Assembly (NCBI GenBank): GCA_016748015.1
Contig: JAAOMT010000602.1
Coordinates: 323,696 to 387,695 of the forward strand
Direction: 5' to 3'
DNA from: Geosiphon pyriformis uo1
Taxonomy: Eukaryota > Fungi > Glomeromycota
Length of the DNA: 64,000 nucleotides
Shown here: piece by piece, positions 27,401-41,590 of the stretch
How the letters are laid out: each line of letters starts with the position of its first letter
Position numbering within the stretch: the first letter of the stretch is position 1
Position numbers and translations under genes: made by a program
The notes under the pieces: generated by a model
Databases searched by the model: none
What the model was told of the DNA's origin: nothing
The model's input: only the letters and a program-made list of their open reading frames with translations

Positions 27401-29117
27401 AAGGTTTCAGAATCATTGAAACCTATGCTTTCTTCCACAGATTAAGAACTGCACTCATACTCAAGCACAAATTCAACAATTTCAAAAGACAGACCAAAAC
27501 CTCTTCACCACAATGCTTTTAAAGTTTATTCAGTATTCTAGATAACTCAACTGCTTTATTGTTTGGCAAATTATCAACAGCCAGAGACAATTTCTCCATA
27601 CCAATATCAACCATTACACCAGAAAAAGCATCATCATCCACATAATCCAGAGGCATATATTGTCAAGTCCAGAGGTCAGGTATTTTCAGAAAAACTGATC
27701 ATTTTCTTGTCTACTCTTCCATAATTTTGTCAACTTTGAGCTTCACCTTATTAGGCTCAACCACCAGCTCATCATCTACTACCAAGTGATCCAAAAGCAT
27801 CTTGCAAAATGGACATTCCAGAATGCTTTTTATTATCTTTTATTTGTCAGAACAGAAGTTTTCTATATAATAGTCAATTGCCTTCCTTATAACAATATCT
27901 TCAGCAACCTTAAACTCATAATACTTAGATTTATGATACCTTTTCTTTATTACTAACAAATGTTTAATCAACTTCATTGAGCTTACATCATTTAAAACCA
28001 TGCTATCAACTTTGGAAGCTTTGACTGCATCAACAGCCAACCAAATTTTAATAAGACAGTTGAAATTCAGGAGATCACCAATGTTCCAATATTTCACAAC
28101 CTTTGCAATAAGCAGCTCTAATTTAAAGAATTTGGAAGATTGTTTATTCCTCGAACAGTCATACTTACTATACCATATCCTAGAAAAAACTGTGTCAGCA
28201 GTCTGTACTATGGCCTCTTTCAACAATTTTCACATTGTATTTAAGTCACTATTGACTCTTGTCTCTTTAAACATATTTGATCTAGCCAAAAACTTGGCAG
28301 AAAAGCAATCTTTAAAGCTTAACCATTGAACATCATCTGCATCTTTTAATTTAAACTTCCACCAGTCTTGATTGGCTTGTTTGCAAATGCTAATAAGATG
28401 TGTATCCAGCAGCCCACTCAAACCAATTAAAATAGAAACTGACTTATAATCTGTATCAAAAAACTCAGACACATTATTGACAAAATGCAATGCCATAACA
28501 GATGTCAAATTCCTATTAACTAGAATAAAATCAATCACTTTCTCAACACCTTTAGAATTGCTCCAGGTAGAAGCCTTGGTCAATGAATGTCCATCAAAAG
28601 TATTAACCAGGTTTAAACCCAAACAGAACTTGAAACTTGCACTTTTGCTAGACTCATTTTCATTAAAGTCACCACCCAGAACCACAAAAGAGCTGGAATT
28701 GACTGCCTTGAAAACCATAGAATTGATACTAGCAACTTAACTAAACTATGTGCTAATGGACACACCAGCATATAGACCCAAGATTGTAACTGAAAGTTTG
28801 TTCTTGAATAGAAGGCACACAGAAATCAAATAACCAGGAACCTCATCTACTTTCAAAACATGCCGAGCCAAAGAATTGTTCATAATTATGGCAACTCCAG
28901 CATCATGAAACCCAACATCCAAACCAGAAGTAAAAATCTGAAGTCCATCAAATTTATTTATAATCCAAGACCTAATGTCAGATCTCAATTTAGTCTCAGT
29001 AACAATTAAAATTATATTTCTTGAATCCTTATGTCAACAGACAATGTCTTCCTGTTTATCTAAATTTATCATACTCCTAATATTACACATAGCCACTCTC
29101 CAAATGAGCTCACTTAT
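24426..29117 (-). pseudogene. LINE-1 ORF2: APE endonuclease - RT - RNase H - CCHC, disrupted
   Basis: APE (VTETKL, VLGGDFNE, IDFILV, DTDY), RT (RPIALIE, QDMCKAYDSVG, GAFVDDTIW, YLGIFL), RNase H (VYTDEFL, GGAAVYF, YLDSQSV, KEHSDVLGN..AD), CLLCGDIEFSDHVFTC; many stops. Confidence 0.88.
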
Positions 29118-30990
29118 TGATGTAAAGAGTGCATCAAAGAACCTGAATTTATGTACAACAGATCTAACTTTCCCAAGATCGAGCCAATAGAAACCTTAAG
29201 AGTCATCATCTTGATTCCAAACCACCAACTTTAGAGGTAAGAACCTTTGAACTGCTCAGACTTAAATCCGTCATCTTGTCTTCTAACACTGAAGAAGAGG
29301 GAGAAAGAGATGGCCATGGGACATCCAGAACCATATCAGTATCTGGTGATGCCAATGTAGGAACAGGAGTGGATAAAGGTACAACTTGAATAATAAGCAC
29401 CAGGAGCACAAGCTTTACACCATTTAATCTACACATAATATCTGACACTTAATCAGTTAGCAACTCTAAAGAACATTCAAGTGAAGCTAAGCGATCATTG
29501 ATTGAGAATTCACTTTAAGCAATCAATGTGTTTTCCTTAAAACCTGAAAAACCAGAAGAAAAAGAATCAGACCTAGCACCAGAGTTGAAATAGAGGTCAC
29601 CAGAAAGAGAAACAAGTAAAACCACTTGTGTCCAAGATTTATCACCAAAGACAGCAGGTCTAGAAATAAGAACACTTTTTTTAGTGTACAATTTTGCTAG
29701 CTGAAGATGACAGTTCTCTGAAGTAACTCTTTTAGCAATTTTCAATAGTTTGGTAATGAGCAGAGACAGTGCATCACACTCCAGAGCTGAATGGCCAAGA
29801 AAACCACATTTTTCACAGTGAACTAAGTCCAATCTAGCCCAAGATAATTTAACACCACTAAATATCAGCTCAGTGCAATAAGCAGATTTTATTGCATCCT
29901 TAGACTCAAAGCCAACCACAGCACAGCAAATCCTATTGCCAAAATCCAATGAATAATTTATAATACAAGTTTTCTCACTAATACTTTCTAAAAGAGTGCC
30001 CAAATCATAAGCAGTCATTTTTACAGGCAAAGTAAACAACAAAACCCTAAACCAGTCTCTAAATGTCCATGTATTGTGATTTCTTACAGCCATAGCCACT
30101 CACACAGAATCTTTCTCAATCAAAAAGGACCATTTAGCAGCTAAATGTTCAGCCTAACCTAGTTCAGCAAATTTTATTACTGCTTTTTGTCATAATCCAA
30201 TAAGTTGAATTTTGATTGACTTAATTTCATTAAACTCGGCTAGTATAGCAATAATCATTTCTTTAGGCATATCCATGAGAATTTTTTTGATGACCACAGC
30301 CTGATCTGAATGAACTCTTTGTCTCTTGAGATCGCTGTTTACATCAATCCCTTTTTCTCTGGCCAATAATGTGGCCATTTCCATGCTCTTTTTTGAAGTG
30401 AAGATATATCAGATGATTTCTTCAAATTTTGAGGGGATAGTGGCCTTCCCAAAACCATTGACTGTTGAAAAAATTTTTCTAATTAACTGAGTTTTCACCG
30501 TCATTGATTTTTTTTCCACAGCTGAGAGATTAATATCCAAAGCAAATGATCTTTTAACTGACACTTCCACAGGAGTCTTAATAATCTTTGAATTAATCCA
30601 CTTCTTTTCAAGAAAGATAAGCAAGTGAGAAGAGAGCACAACTTTATCATTATCCATATGAAAGTTAAGAAAGCTGAGCAGAAAACCAAAACTAGCATTA
30701 GTGTTGACTCACTTTGTCTTGAGTGTAGTAACAGCTGAGCCCAAAAGAGACCCACCATTTGTCCCAGACATGTTAACATTCTTATTCTCATCAGATAAAC
30801 TTTCCACATCAGAATAAACACTATTACCAGATCCAGATTTGCTCAAAAATATATCCTTTTCATCACCAAAGTGTTTGATATTGTCAAGAACAACTTTTTT
30901 CTTCTGAGAAAAAAAGCCACCAGCAGGATCATAAAAAGTGCCCTTAAGAGTCTTCTTCTTAGATGTGGTGCTACTAGCAGTAGCTTCCAT
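29114..30990 (-). pseudogene. LINE-1 ORF1 (RRM-like regions plus CCHC knuckle), disrupted
   Basis: Fragments from MEATASSTTSKKK to VGGLES; CEKCGFLGHSALEC knuckle; homologous to LINE-2 ORF1 (SFALDI, SSSKVLT.KVG.LES). Confidence 0.8.
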
Positions 30991-31114
30991 ATTTACGAAA
31001 AATGGGTTATTATTAGATAAAAAAATATTGGTATAGACTAAAAAACAAAAAAAAAAACTTTTTTTTATAGAAAATGCACTTTCTAAAGATTTTTAAAGGT
31101 AGAAGAGAAAGAAG

Positions 31115-34100
31115 TTTTTAATTTTAATATTTAATTATAATTATATATTAATAAATAAATTAATTTTATTTATATTATATATATTTTTTTAATATTTTTT
31201 AATTAAAAAATTATTATAACAATAATAGTGTGATTATAAAAGCATTTTTTTTATAAATTTATGGTTTTTCTTAAATTTGGTTAATTAACCATATAAAAAC
31301 TTAAAATTAATATCAAATATGTTTAATTTTTATGTAAATTTTTTGTTTTTTTTGTTATAATTGTATTTGTTATTATTTTATTTTGGTTTTGTAAAATTTA
31401 TTTATATAATATATATTTTTTTTATTTAAATATTAAACAGTTTTTTGTTTTATTAAATAATTAATAGTAATTTAATAAATATTAAATATTTTTTATTTAA
31501 TTAATAGAATTATTATTATTAATACTTAAATATTAATCTTTAAATATAATTATTATAAATCTTTACTTATTATTTAAAATGTTTTTATAAAACATATAAA
31601 ATATTAATAGTTTAAAAATAATATATCAAAATTAAATGTTTTAAAAATAAATAAATAATAATTAAATATTTTATTTTGTTATATTTAATTAATTTTTAAA
31701 TTTATATTTAATTTAATATAAAAATTTTTTTGTTATAATAATATTGGTTTTTACAAGATTTAATTAATGTAATTATAAAATATGTGTTTATAAAAGAATA
31801 AAAATATATATATTATTTATAAATTCTATAATAAAACTAATAAAAATTATGTATTTAAAAAGTATGTTTATTTTAAAAATATATAATTAAAGCTTTTAAA
31901 ATATTAATAAATAATAATACTATTTTTAATTTAAATTTTTATTAAAAAAACCACTATTACAATTAATTATAAAATATAAAATTAAAAAATAATTTTATAA
32001 TTATAATTAAAGCAAAAATAAATAAAAAATTATAATTCAAACTTTTTTAATAATAAAACTATTATTATTTTAAATTTTTTTATTGATTTTTTTTAAATAG
32101 TTAAAGTAACCAAAACCAAATTTTATAATTTTGTTTTTTTTATACAATAATTCTAAAAAGTTTTGTTTTTTTATTTAAATATTAATTATAATATGTTTTA
32201 ATTTAATTATAAATAATAATACTTTTTTTAATTTAAATAATAATAAAAATAATATATTTATTAAAATAAATACAAATTATAAAAATTTATATTATTTAAT
32301 ATAATTATTTTTAATAAATTATTACTAATTATAAAAACAAAACTAAATTATATTTTAATATATATTCTTATTTAATTAAACTTTAATATTATTTAATTTA
32401 AAAAGTTAAAACTAATAACATAAAAACTAAAACAATTTTCAAAAAAAATTATTATTAAATAACAAAAAAATTTTGTATAAATAATCTCTACTTTAATATT
32501 TAGTATTTTTATTAAAATTAAAATAATTTATATAAAAACTGTATTTTGATTTTTATATAGTTTATTAATAGTTTTTTAATTATAATAACAAATAATATTT
32601 TTTTATTTTTATTTTAAATCTTTTTTTTCTCTTTTATTTTTATAATCATAATTAGAGCAAAAAATAAAAAAGTTTTAAACATTACTTTTTTTATAGTAAC
32701 TAATAAAGTTTTAAAAAAAATATTTTTTTATTGTTAAAACAGTTAAGCAAAATATTCTAACTATGTTTTTCTTAAAAATTAATAATAAAAAACTGTTTTT
32801 AATGATTTTTAAAGTATTTTTTTTATCTTTAACTATTGATTTTTTTTAGTAAATTTTTTTTTAAAAAACATATTTTAATTAATCTTAAAATTGTTTCTAT
32901 TTCTTTTAAAAATCCCAAAGTTTTTAATAATAAATTAATTAATAAGCTAATTTTTTTTGTTTTTACTATTAATACTATTATTATTATTTTGCAAATAGCT
33001 AAAAAGACCAAAAATCTCAAAAAACAGTAGCAGTTATTTGTATTTGCTAATATTATATTGAATTTTTTTAATGTTTTAAATAAAATCTTAAATAAAATTT
33101 TATTAATAATAATCAGTTTTTTTCTAATGTAAATAACAATTATAACAACATGTTTTTTAAGATAAATTAAGATTAACTACTGGCTATATTATTAAATATG
33201 GTGTTTTTTGGCAAATTATTATTGGTTTTAAAAGCAAAACAATCTATTAAATTATTTAATCTTAAAAATTAAGCTAATTAAATAAAAACCAAAACAATTT
33301 TTTCTTTTTTGTTTTCTGGTATTGTTTTTAATAATACTTAAAAAACAATTTTTAATTATTAAAAATTTTCTGAATATGTAGTTTTTACTTTAATACTTAG
33401 TTTTATTTTTAAAATTAAATTGGTTTTTATTAATTTTTTGTTTTAACTTTGTTGAACTTAAGTTAATTTTAAAAAACAATTTTAATTGTTTTATATGAAT
33501 TTTAGTTTTAAACTTTTTTTGGTTATAATTATTAAAATTTCAATTAATAATTTTTTTTTTATCACATTTAAGATTGCAAAATTTTTTGTGATAATTTCTG
33601 ATTTTTTTTTTACTTTTGTTGTATTTTATAATATTTTTCTTAATATATCTTTTAAAATATTAAAAATGCTCTTAGTGTTTTTAGTGTTATTATTTTTAAA
33701 AATTAAAATTTGTTGACTTATGACAATATGCCATTGTTAATTTTAAGAATTCTTCTTTTGTTATTATTGTTCTTAATAACTGGTTTGTATTAGGAAAAAA
33801 AACAATGTTTAGATTTTTTTCTTTTTTAATTAAAAAAAAGATTATTATCTTAAAAAACTTTTTTAAGAACAAATTAGTTAATTTTTTTTTAAATATATTG
33901 TTTTTAAGATTAATAATTTAATTTTTTAAGTTGGTAATCATATTTGCTTTATTTTTTGTTTTTTTAATTCTTATTATTATCAATACTTTGCTATTATAAT
34001 ATTTAAATCTTATTATTACTAGCCAAAATTTGAAATATTATTAAGCATAAAATTATGTATATTATTCTATTCATTAATTGACATATATTATTGTTTTAAT

Positions 34101-36345
34101 TTAATATTTATTCTTTTATTAAATTATTCAAATTATTAAAATATTAGAAAAAAAAAGTATTAGATTATAAAATAATATTACAAAAATTTGTATAAAAAAA
34201 AGTTTCTTTTTTTAAGAAAATATTTTTTTTATCAAATATTTTTTTTAAAACAATCTTCTTTACAAATCAACTTAAATAAAATTTACTTAAAAACATAAAT
34301 TTTTTAAATATTATTGTTTTAAAATTAAATATTTTTTTACTAATATTTTAAAATAATTACTTACTAATATTAATAAGATTACTAATAATTTTTAAATTTA
34401 AATCTAAAACAATTTTTTTAACATTTTTTAGTTTTTTTATTTTTATTTTATTTTTATTTTTTTATTATTATTAAATAGTTTATAATTAAGATTTTCTGTA
34501 AAAAAGTTAATTTTTATAATAAAATAACTATATATATTTTTAAAAAACCTATAAATGAAATTTTTTTGTAAAAAAATTAACTTTTACTGCAAAATAACTA
34601 TATAAATAATTGGCATAAAATTGGTCATTTTATTATAAACTCAATAGTATTCACAGTTTAATATATAAAAAGATACTTTAAAAAAATTAGCTTATCAGAA
34701 GTTTATTAATTTTTATTAATAATAGAGTTAATAATAAGATAATATTAACATTAAAAAAAAGATAAAAAAATCTCCAGTAATATTATGAATTTTTGGATTT
34801 GGCTATTATTAAAATTAATATTTTATGTAAATATTATATCTGGTAAAAAACTTCTAAATATTATTATTATTACAAATATTAAAACTTAGATTATTTATTT
34901 AAAAATTACAAAATATTGTTATTTTTTTCTTTTAAGTTATTTGTTATTGAGCTTATTGGCTTTTTAATTATCTTGATTACTATTTTTTTAAACATTTTTT
35001 CTGTTTTATATATAGAGCTTAAAGATTTAATTTGTGCTATACAAAATAAGATGTCTGTTTTTAATAAGACTATAAATTAATTTTTTATGAATATGACAAT
35101 GATTTAATTTTAATACTAATTTTATAAAAGAATGTAAAGTTAATCTATTTAACAATAATCTTTATATTAAATTATTATTCTTTAAAAATATTAACTTGGC
35201 TTTATTATGAATTTAACTACTATTTAATTAAATAATTTTGTTAAAAAGTGTATTAATATATAAAAAATAGTCTAAAATATAAAAATTTATATTTAAAAAT
35301 TAAAAATTACATCAATATTTAATATTAATTATATTAGTAATATTAAATAACTTTTTTATAAATAATATATCAAGTTTTTTATACTTTATTTTTAACTTAA
35401 TTTTAAATAATTATATCAAATTACAATATAAAATAACCAAAAAATAAATAAATAAATAAATAAATAAATTTTTATTTTTAATAAATTTAGAAGGTTTAAA
35501 ATATTAATAATTCAGAATTTAAAGACAAAACTTTTTATTAAAACAATATATAAACTATTTTTTAAAGTTAAAACAATAATATTTAAATTTAAATTTAAAA
35601 CAAACAAATTTTATAAAATTTTAAAATATTTAATTAATATCTTTACCTATTTTTATTAATATTATACTAGTTAAAACAATTTTTTTTCTTAATAAAATAT
35701 TATTATTATATGTAAATAAATAGTTTAAAAATTTTAAACATTGTATTTAATATAAACAATATTTATATATACTGAATTATATTTTTTTTAAATATAATTT
35801 CTAATAATTTATTATAAAATACTTTTATAAAATATATCTTAAGATTAATAATTACAACACTAATAAAATTAAAACTAAAATTAATTTATTTTTATTAATA
35901 TTATTATTTAAATACTTTTTAATAAATTTTGTTTTTTATTTAACATAATTATAAATATTATACAAATTATATATAATATTAAGTATTATTAAAAATAATT
36001 ATAAAAAAACATTTTAAAATTTCAAAATACATAAAATAATTGAATAAACATGTATTATTGATTATATAATTAATTATTTTATTGTTTAATATATTTAAAT
36101 AATCTTTAATTTTAATTTAATTTAGTAAATTCTTTTTTTTTAATAATTATATTAATTTTTTTCTTTTTAATTCAGTACTTGTTTTTGAAATCTAACAATA
36201 TTAAAAGTTAAATTTAACAAAAAATTAGAACAAAATTTAAATTATATAGAAATAAAATTTTTAAAACTTAAACATTTTTATTTTTTAAAATTTTTTTATT
36301 TAACTATTAATTTACAATAATATTATCACATATTAAGCAGAAGAT
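31115..36345. other. 5.2-kb extremely AT-rich block (probable hypermutated TE relic)
   Basis: Roughly 90% A+T by eye, CpG essentially absent, ORFs only of F/I/K/L/N-rich composition. Confidence 0.6.
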
Positions 36346-38385
36346 AAAAAAAAAAACTTTCTCTTATTGATCCCCTGACCACAATAAGAGCAAAATTTTA
36401 TCAAAGTTTTAATTAGTTTTTTTTTTCCCTCTTGTTTTCTCTCTAATTATTTCTTCTAACTTTCTTTTTTTTGTTGCTATAGATTCAGTAAGTGCTTCTA
36501 CTGGTGGTTTTGGTTCAGGCTCAGCTGGTTGGGGACCCACTTGAGTGCTAAGAGTAAGCATGTGAAGAGTGTTTACTCCCAAAGTATGTCTCATAAAAAG
36601 CCAAAGAAGTTTGTTGCAAGTATTAATATAGTCGACTTGTCTACTGGCCTGTTAAATCTTGTTGATATTGATGTCTCTGGTGGGAAGTCTGTAGTGTCAT
36701 GGAATAGCAAAGTTGGCAGTGTTAATAACAATGTAAACAGACTTTCAGATGTTGAAGATATAGCAAATATAGTTGCCAAAGAAACCAGTTATGCAGAATC
36801 AGATAAGGATAATAATATGAATAATACTATGTTGAGAAAAATTTGCACTTGGACATATGTGCTGGACAACTCACCAAAGCAATCTGTGTTTGGACATATG
36901 AATAAGGACAATGAAAAGCTGGAACTTTCTCTTCATGTGATTGTTAGATTCAATTAGTTGTCATCACTCAAGTCATATGTTCTAGAAAAATGGAGTTTCA
37001 ATTTGACAAAATCTTTTGCACTTGATATTGAGCTTTTTGTAATGCCTGACAAATTAGTTGGTAATAAGTTAATTTCAATAAAAAAAATTTTTTGTCAAGT
37101 GGATGGTTTTTGGGAAGTCTCTATTCTCTCAAAATTTTTAAGTATTATTAGATCATCTTTTACATCTAAATCTAGTTTAAATAAAACAAAAAAATTGGCA
37201 ATCTGTGAAAAAATTTTGGTTAATAATGATCTCAGAAAGGTAAACAGCAGATCAAATCGGGAAGTGATCATCAAGAAGATTTTAATTAATCTTCCCAAAT
37301 CAGCTGTAAAGTCTGTTTTTTTCAGGTTTGGTAAGATTGTATCAATCAAAATACAATTGATTAATTTATAGCAAAAAGCTTTGGTAAAGTTTGAATTATC
37401 AAATGTGACTAGTTTAGTTGCTTCTAAATGGTTGGTTTTCATAGAAAAGGATTCAGTACATATGGCTCTAGCTATTAATAACAAAAAATCTTGAATAATA
37501 AAAGATCATTATTGGGCTTTGTTATATACTTTTTCAGTTGGAATTACAGCTCATGATTTGTCTAGTTTGTTGAAATCATATAGTGGAAAATCTTGTTTTA
37601 TTGGTCATAATCCCAGTTTATATGTGTGTGATAGATGTGTGATAGTGTGTTTTGCTAATAAGATATCTAAATTGGCTGTTATTAGTTTTGTTCCTGTTTT
37701 TAAATATATAAATTTACATTAGATTGGGCTTTCTTTGGCCTGTTGTGCTTTATGTAAACATTTTGGTCATGTTTCTGATGTTTGTTTAGTGGGTGAGAAT
37801 TCTAGTAATTGTGATAAAAGTGTAATAATATCTCAGAATTGAGTTTGTTTGGCCAACATATATAAGAAGAAGCAGACTCTTGTTGCATGCTCTGTCTTAT
37901 TTGAAGATAAAACTTGGGCTTAAATTGCTGATGGTTTTCCTTTTCATGTGATTTCATCAGTTCTATCTAGTAATATGTTACTTCTGGGTGTGACATCTCT
38001 TTTCTTGGGGCCTGCTTTCTTTGTTGATTCTGGCCTAAGTGATTGTTTGGTGGTCCTGAAATGCTCTTTGGAACTTTTAATGGACCAGATTTCTGCTCCT
38101 ATGAAAAAATTGAGTTTTATGAAGTTGGTGCTCTTGGCTATATCTTCTTATGCTTTCTCTCCAGTTGTCCCTGTCTCTTTGGCTCCTGTTTTGAATTTGG
38201 ATATGGTTTTGAATAATGTGTTGGTGTCATCTATCTCTCCTTTCTCCATTGGTTTTGACATGGTTGCTAATTTTAGCTTTAGTAGTTCTAAGGTTCTGAC
38301 TACCAAGGTGGGTAGATTGGAGTCAAAAATAGTGGCTTTGGAAGCTTCAATTAGTTCAGTTTTGGAAAGATTGAATTGTTTGTGT

Positions 38386-39352
38386 TGTTACCAACTGAAA
38401 TTTGAGATATTAATTAACATGAAATTACTTTTATAATTCCTATCACTAATTAGCATATATTATTGTTTCAAATCATCACTTATTATTCAATTAAATTATC
38501 GAATATTACCAATTAATTAATAACCCGATTTGTACTATAGAAATTAGGACAATCAAATTACACAATACTCTGAACCAGTTAATATTCAAAAGTTTGCCAA
38601 AATTTGTGTAAAATTTGCTGAAATAATTGATAGTTCACTGAAATATTCAATAGTTCATAGAAATAACTTGTAAGTTTGCCAAAATATACCTTTAATTCGT
38701 CAAAATCATAGTAAAGAAAATAGTTTAAGTTTACAGACTAGTACTACAACAAGTTGTATAAAAGAAGAGCTTCTCTCTTTGAGAAAATGTATTCTTACTT
38801 TTAGATATCTAAATTGAATCAATTCAATACACAAAAACGAAATAAATATCAAATAATTCAAAAATCAACTTCTTAACTATTGTATCTGAAAATTCCCAAA
38901 ACCCAACTAACGTTTTGAAATTGATTAGCTACCAATTTCAGTAAACTGTTAGTGATTTCAGGCCTGGATAGAAAAACGTTTCCCTTGATAAAATCCTATT
39001 TCTTTTATATTTCTTTTATTTTCTTTTCTTTTCTTATTACAATCATTAGGGTAGCCTACAGACAAGATTCCTGTAGAAGAGTTGACTTTCACAGCAAAGT
39101 AACTACACATTTTTAGTGAGCTTCCAGATGAGCAATTTCTGGAAAAGAGTTGATGTTTACTACAATGTAACTACATAAAGTAACTGGCAAGGAATTGGCT
39201 ATTCCATTTATAAGCCCAGCAGTTTAAATTATAGGAGATAATTTGAAGATAAATTCAGTTATTGGAGGTTCAACCACATTCAGAAAATGTGAATTCACAA
39301 CAAACAGGCATTGACAACATTTAAAAAAAGAGACCAAAAACCTCTGGTAATA
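38386..39352 (+). mobile_element. Solo LTR family C, copy 1 (967 bp)
   Basis: Ends TGTTACCA...TGGTAATA; flanks GTGT/GTAT (4-bp TSD, one transition); removal restores LINE ORF1 LNCLC|SGLGL; inverted homolog at 57794-58780; TATA-like TGTATAAAAG near 38755. Confidence 0.85.
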
Positions 39353-40707
39353 GTATTCCGGTTTGGGTTTGTCAGTTCTTTTTTTGTCTTAATGATCAGT
39401 TTGGTTTGGAAAATTGCTATATGCAATGCTTGGGGCATGAACAATTCTATAAAGCAGAAAAATATTGTTTGTTGGCACAAGGATATAGACAATTTGATTT
39501 CGATTATTACTAAAATTAAGTTAAGGAGTAAGATTCATCTGTGGATTGCTAATAGATTTAATGGTGTTTATGTTTTCACTTCTGATGTGAATTCTGGTTA
39601 TTTGGATTCTGGTGTTGCCATTATTATAGACATTTCTTTGGCTTATCATGTATGTAAAATTTTTAAGATATCTGGTCAGCTCCTTTCTGTCAGACTATTT
39701 TTCAAGAATAAACTCTTTGTTTTAATTTTGGGGCTTTATGCTGGTGCCTCTTCTGTGGTTTGATTCTTTTAAGCTGGTGATATTAATTCTATTATTACAA
39801 AGGCTATCAATGAGTCTTTTTTTGTCATCTTTGGTAGTAATTTTAATGAAAATAATTCTCATAAGTATGTGAGTTTCCAAAAATGTCTTGATTTGGAACT
39901 GGTCAATTCTTTGGTAGGTAGCTTGGTTGTAAAGAAACATACTTAAAAAATTTTAAGAGGCATCATAAAGACAATTAATTATGTGTTTGTTTCTCAAAAT
40001 TTGGTTAATACTATAGTACATTATAATATTTTAGAAGTCAGTAAACATTTTGACATAGATTACCGAGCTGTTAATGTGTTTGTAGATTTGGGCAGATTTT
40101 TGGATATACATTTGAACTCTATTTGCAAACAAGTGAACAAGAATTGTTGAAAGTTTGATTTTAGAGGTGCTAATAAGAATAAGTGAAGCAATTTTAGGAA
40201 AGCCACATCAGCCAATACTGTAATGTTCTTTGTTAAGTTTGCCACTGCTGTGAAATTCTCAGATTTAGATATGATATGGGATATTGTTTGTAGGATAATG
40301 ACTCTTTTGGCTAGTGTAATTTTTAAAAAAAAATGGTTCAAAGGTTTTAATGGTGTCTTCATATAGAATTTTTCGAGACTTCATAAGCTAAAGCTTCTGG
40401 TTTCAAAGATTGTCAGGGCATCTTATGAAGAGAGTAATGTTAGTTTTGTCTCCCTTATAAAATGATAGGACTTTTTGGATGATGTTAATTCTTCAATTAT
40501 TCAGAATCTTATAGACACTAGTGTGAGTTTTAATCATGTCTATTCTGCTTTTTATGGTATTAGAAAGTCTTATTGTGTATTCAAGCTTGTTAAATCTCTA
40601 AGGACTAATGAGGCAAACATCAAATCTGCTATAGATAAGAGGATAGAGAGCTTTGTGACAAATAAGAGTCATACTATCAAGAGTGTGCTGGAACACCCCT
40701 TCTACAA

Positions 40708-41588
40708 TGTTACTTATAAAAAAATGAGTATAAGAAAAGTAGTAAAAAAATCATATAAGAAAATAGACCAATAGAAGATTAGTATTTAGCATGGAAGCAC
40801 ATTGCTCAGCAATTTGGAGCAATATTAGAAAACATGGCACATTGCTTAGCAATGTGGAGTGATGTCAAAAATTAGGACACATTGCTTAGCAATATGAGCA
40901 TTGCTCAAAAAATTATAGCACATTACTTGAGAATATAAGCGATTTTGTAGAACATCAATTATGTATATATAGTGGTAACATTAGAAGTAGAAAAGACAGA
41001 ATCCTTTTAGTTAGAGACCTCTCAGTTTAGATTTCATCTAGACAACTTTTCAAATCACAATAAATAACTATTTGCTGTCTAAGAAACCCACTTCCACTAT
41101 CAACACTCTATGTTAATAGTACTTGATACTTAACCACACTGAAACAATAGCTCTTAATCATAGCTATTGATGAGATACTAACTTGTAAATTATCTTGGCT
41201 TATTTCTTACATTTTTTCATTTTCTTTATTTCTTTTTTTTGATTTTTGTTGTATACTAATTGATTAAAAACACTGAATTATTAATGTCATGGATAGCCTG
41301 GTAAAAGACCCAAAAATAAGAGTAGCATTATATATATTATTGAATAGCTTACCAGAAGGGCATGACTGTCAAAATAAATCCAGCCACCAAGCTGAGAAAA
41401 AAATTGGGAAACAACTTACACAAAACTGTGAATAATATCAACAAAGAATCTCTATTTATTATACAAAAGACTTAACTAAAACCTTCAGATACAACCAACA
41501 TACTAGTATTACCACCATTGTCAAGATATTGAGCACCAAGTTATGGATTTGTTATTTGATTTGAGACCTCAAGTAATTACCTGTAACA
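40708..41588 (+). repeat. Gypsy-A 5' LTR (881 bp)
   Basis: TGTTAC...TGTAACA; direct repeat of 61191-61991. Confidence 0.93.
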
Positions 41589-41590
41589 TT

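Larger units (their letters stand above)
24290..31110 (-). mobile_element. LINE-1: near full-length, inactivated non-LTR retrotransposon
   Basis: ORF1 and ORF2 relics colinear on the minus strand; 3' end ...TTGTAATAAAAAAAAAA (T tract at 24290-24299 on +); 5' boundary approximate. Confidence 0.9.

Noticed and set aside
24270-31130. TSD for LINE-1 (AATTTTAAT on both sides)
   Set aside because: Expected by chance in ~90% AT flanks.
32829-33716. Hydrophobic F/I/L/K-rich ORFs resembling membrane or organellar proteins
   Set aside because: Compositional artefact of extreme AT content; no mitochondrial gene motifs seen.
40795-40935. CRISPR-like repeat-spacer pattern
   Set aside because: Only 3-4 degenerate units inside an LTR of a eukaryotic retrotransposon; no cas genes.
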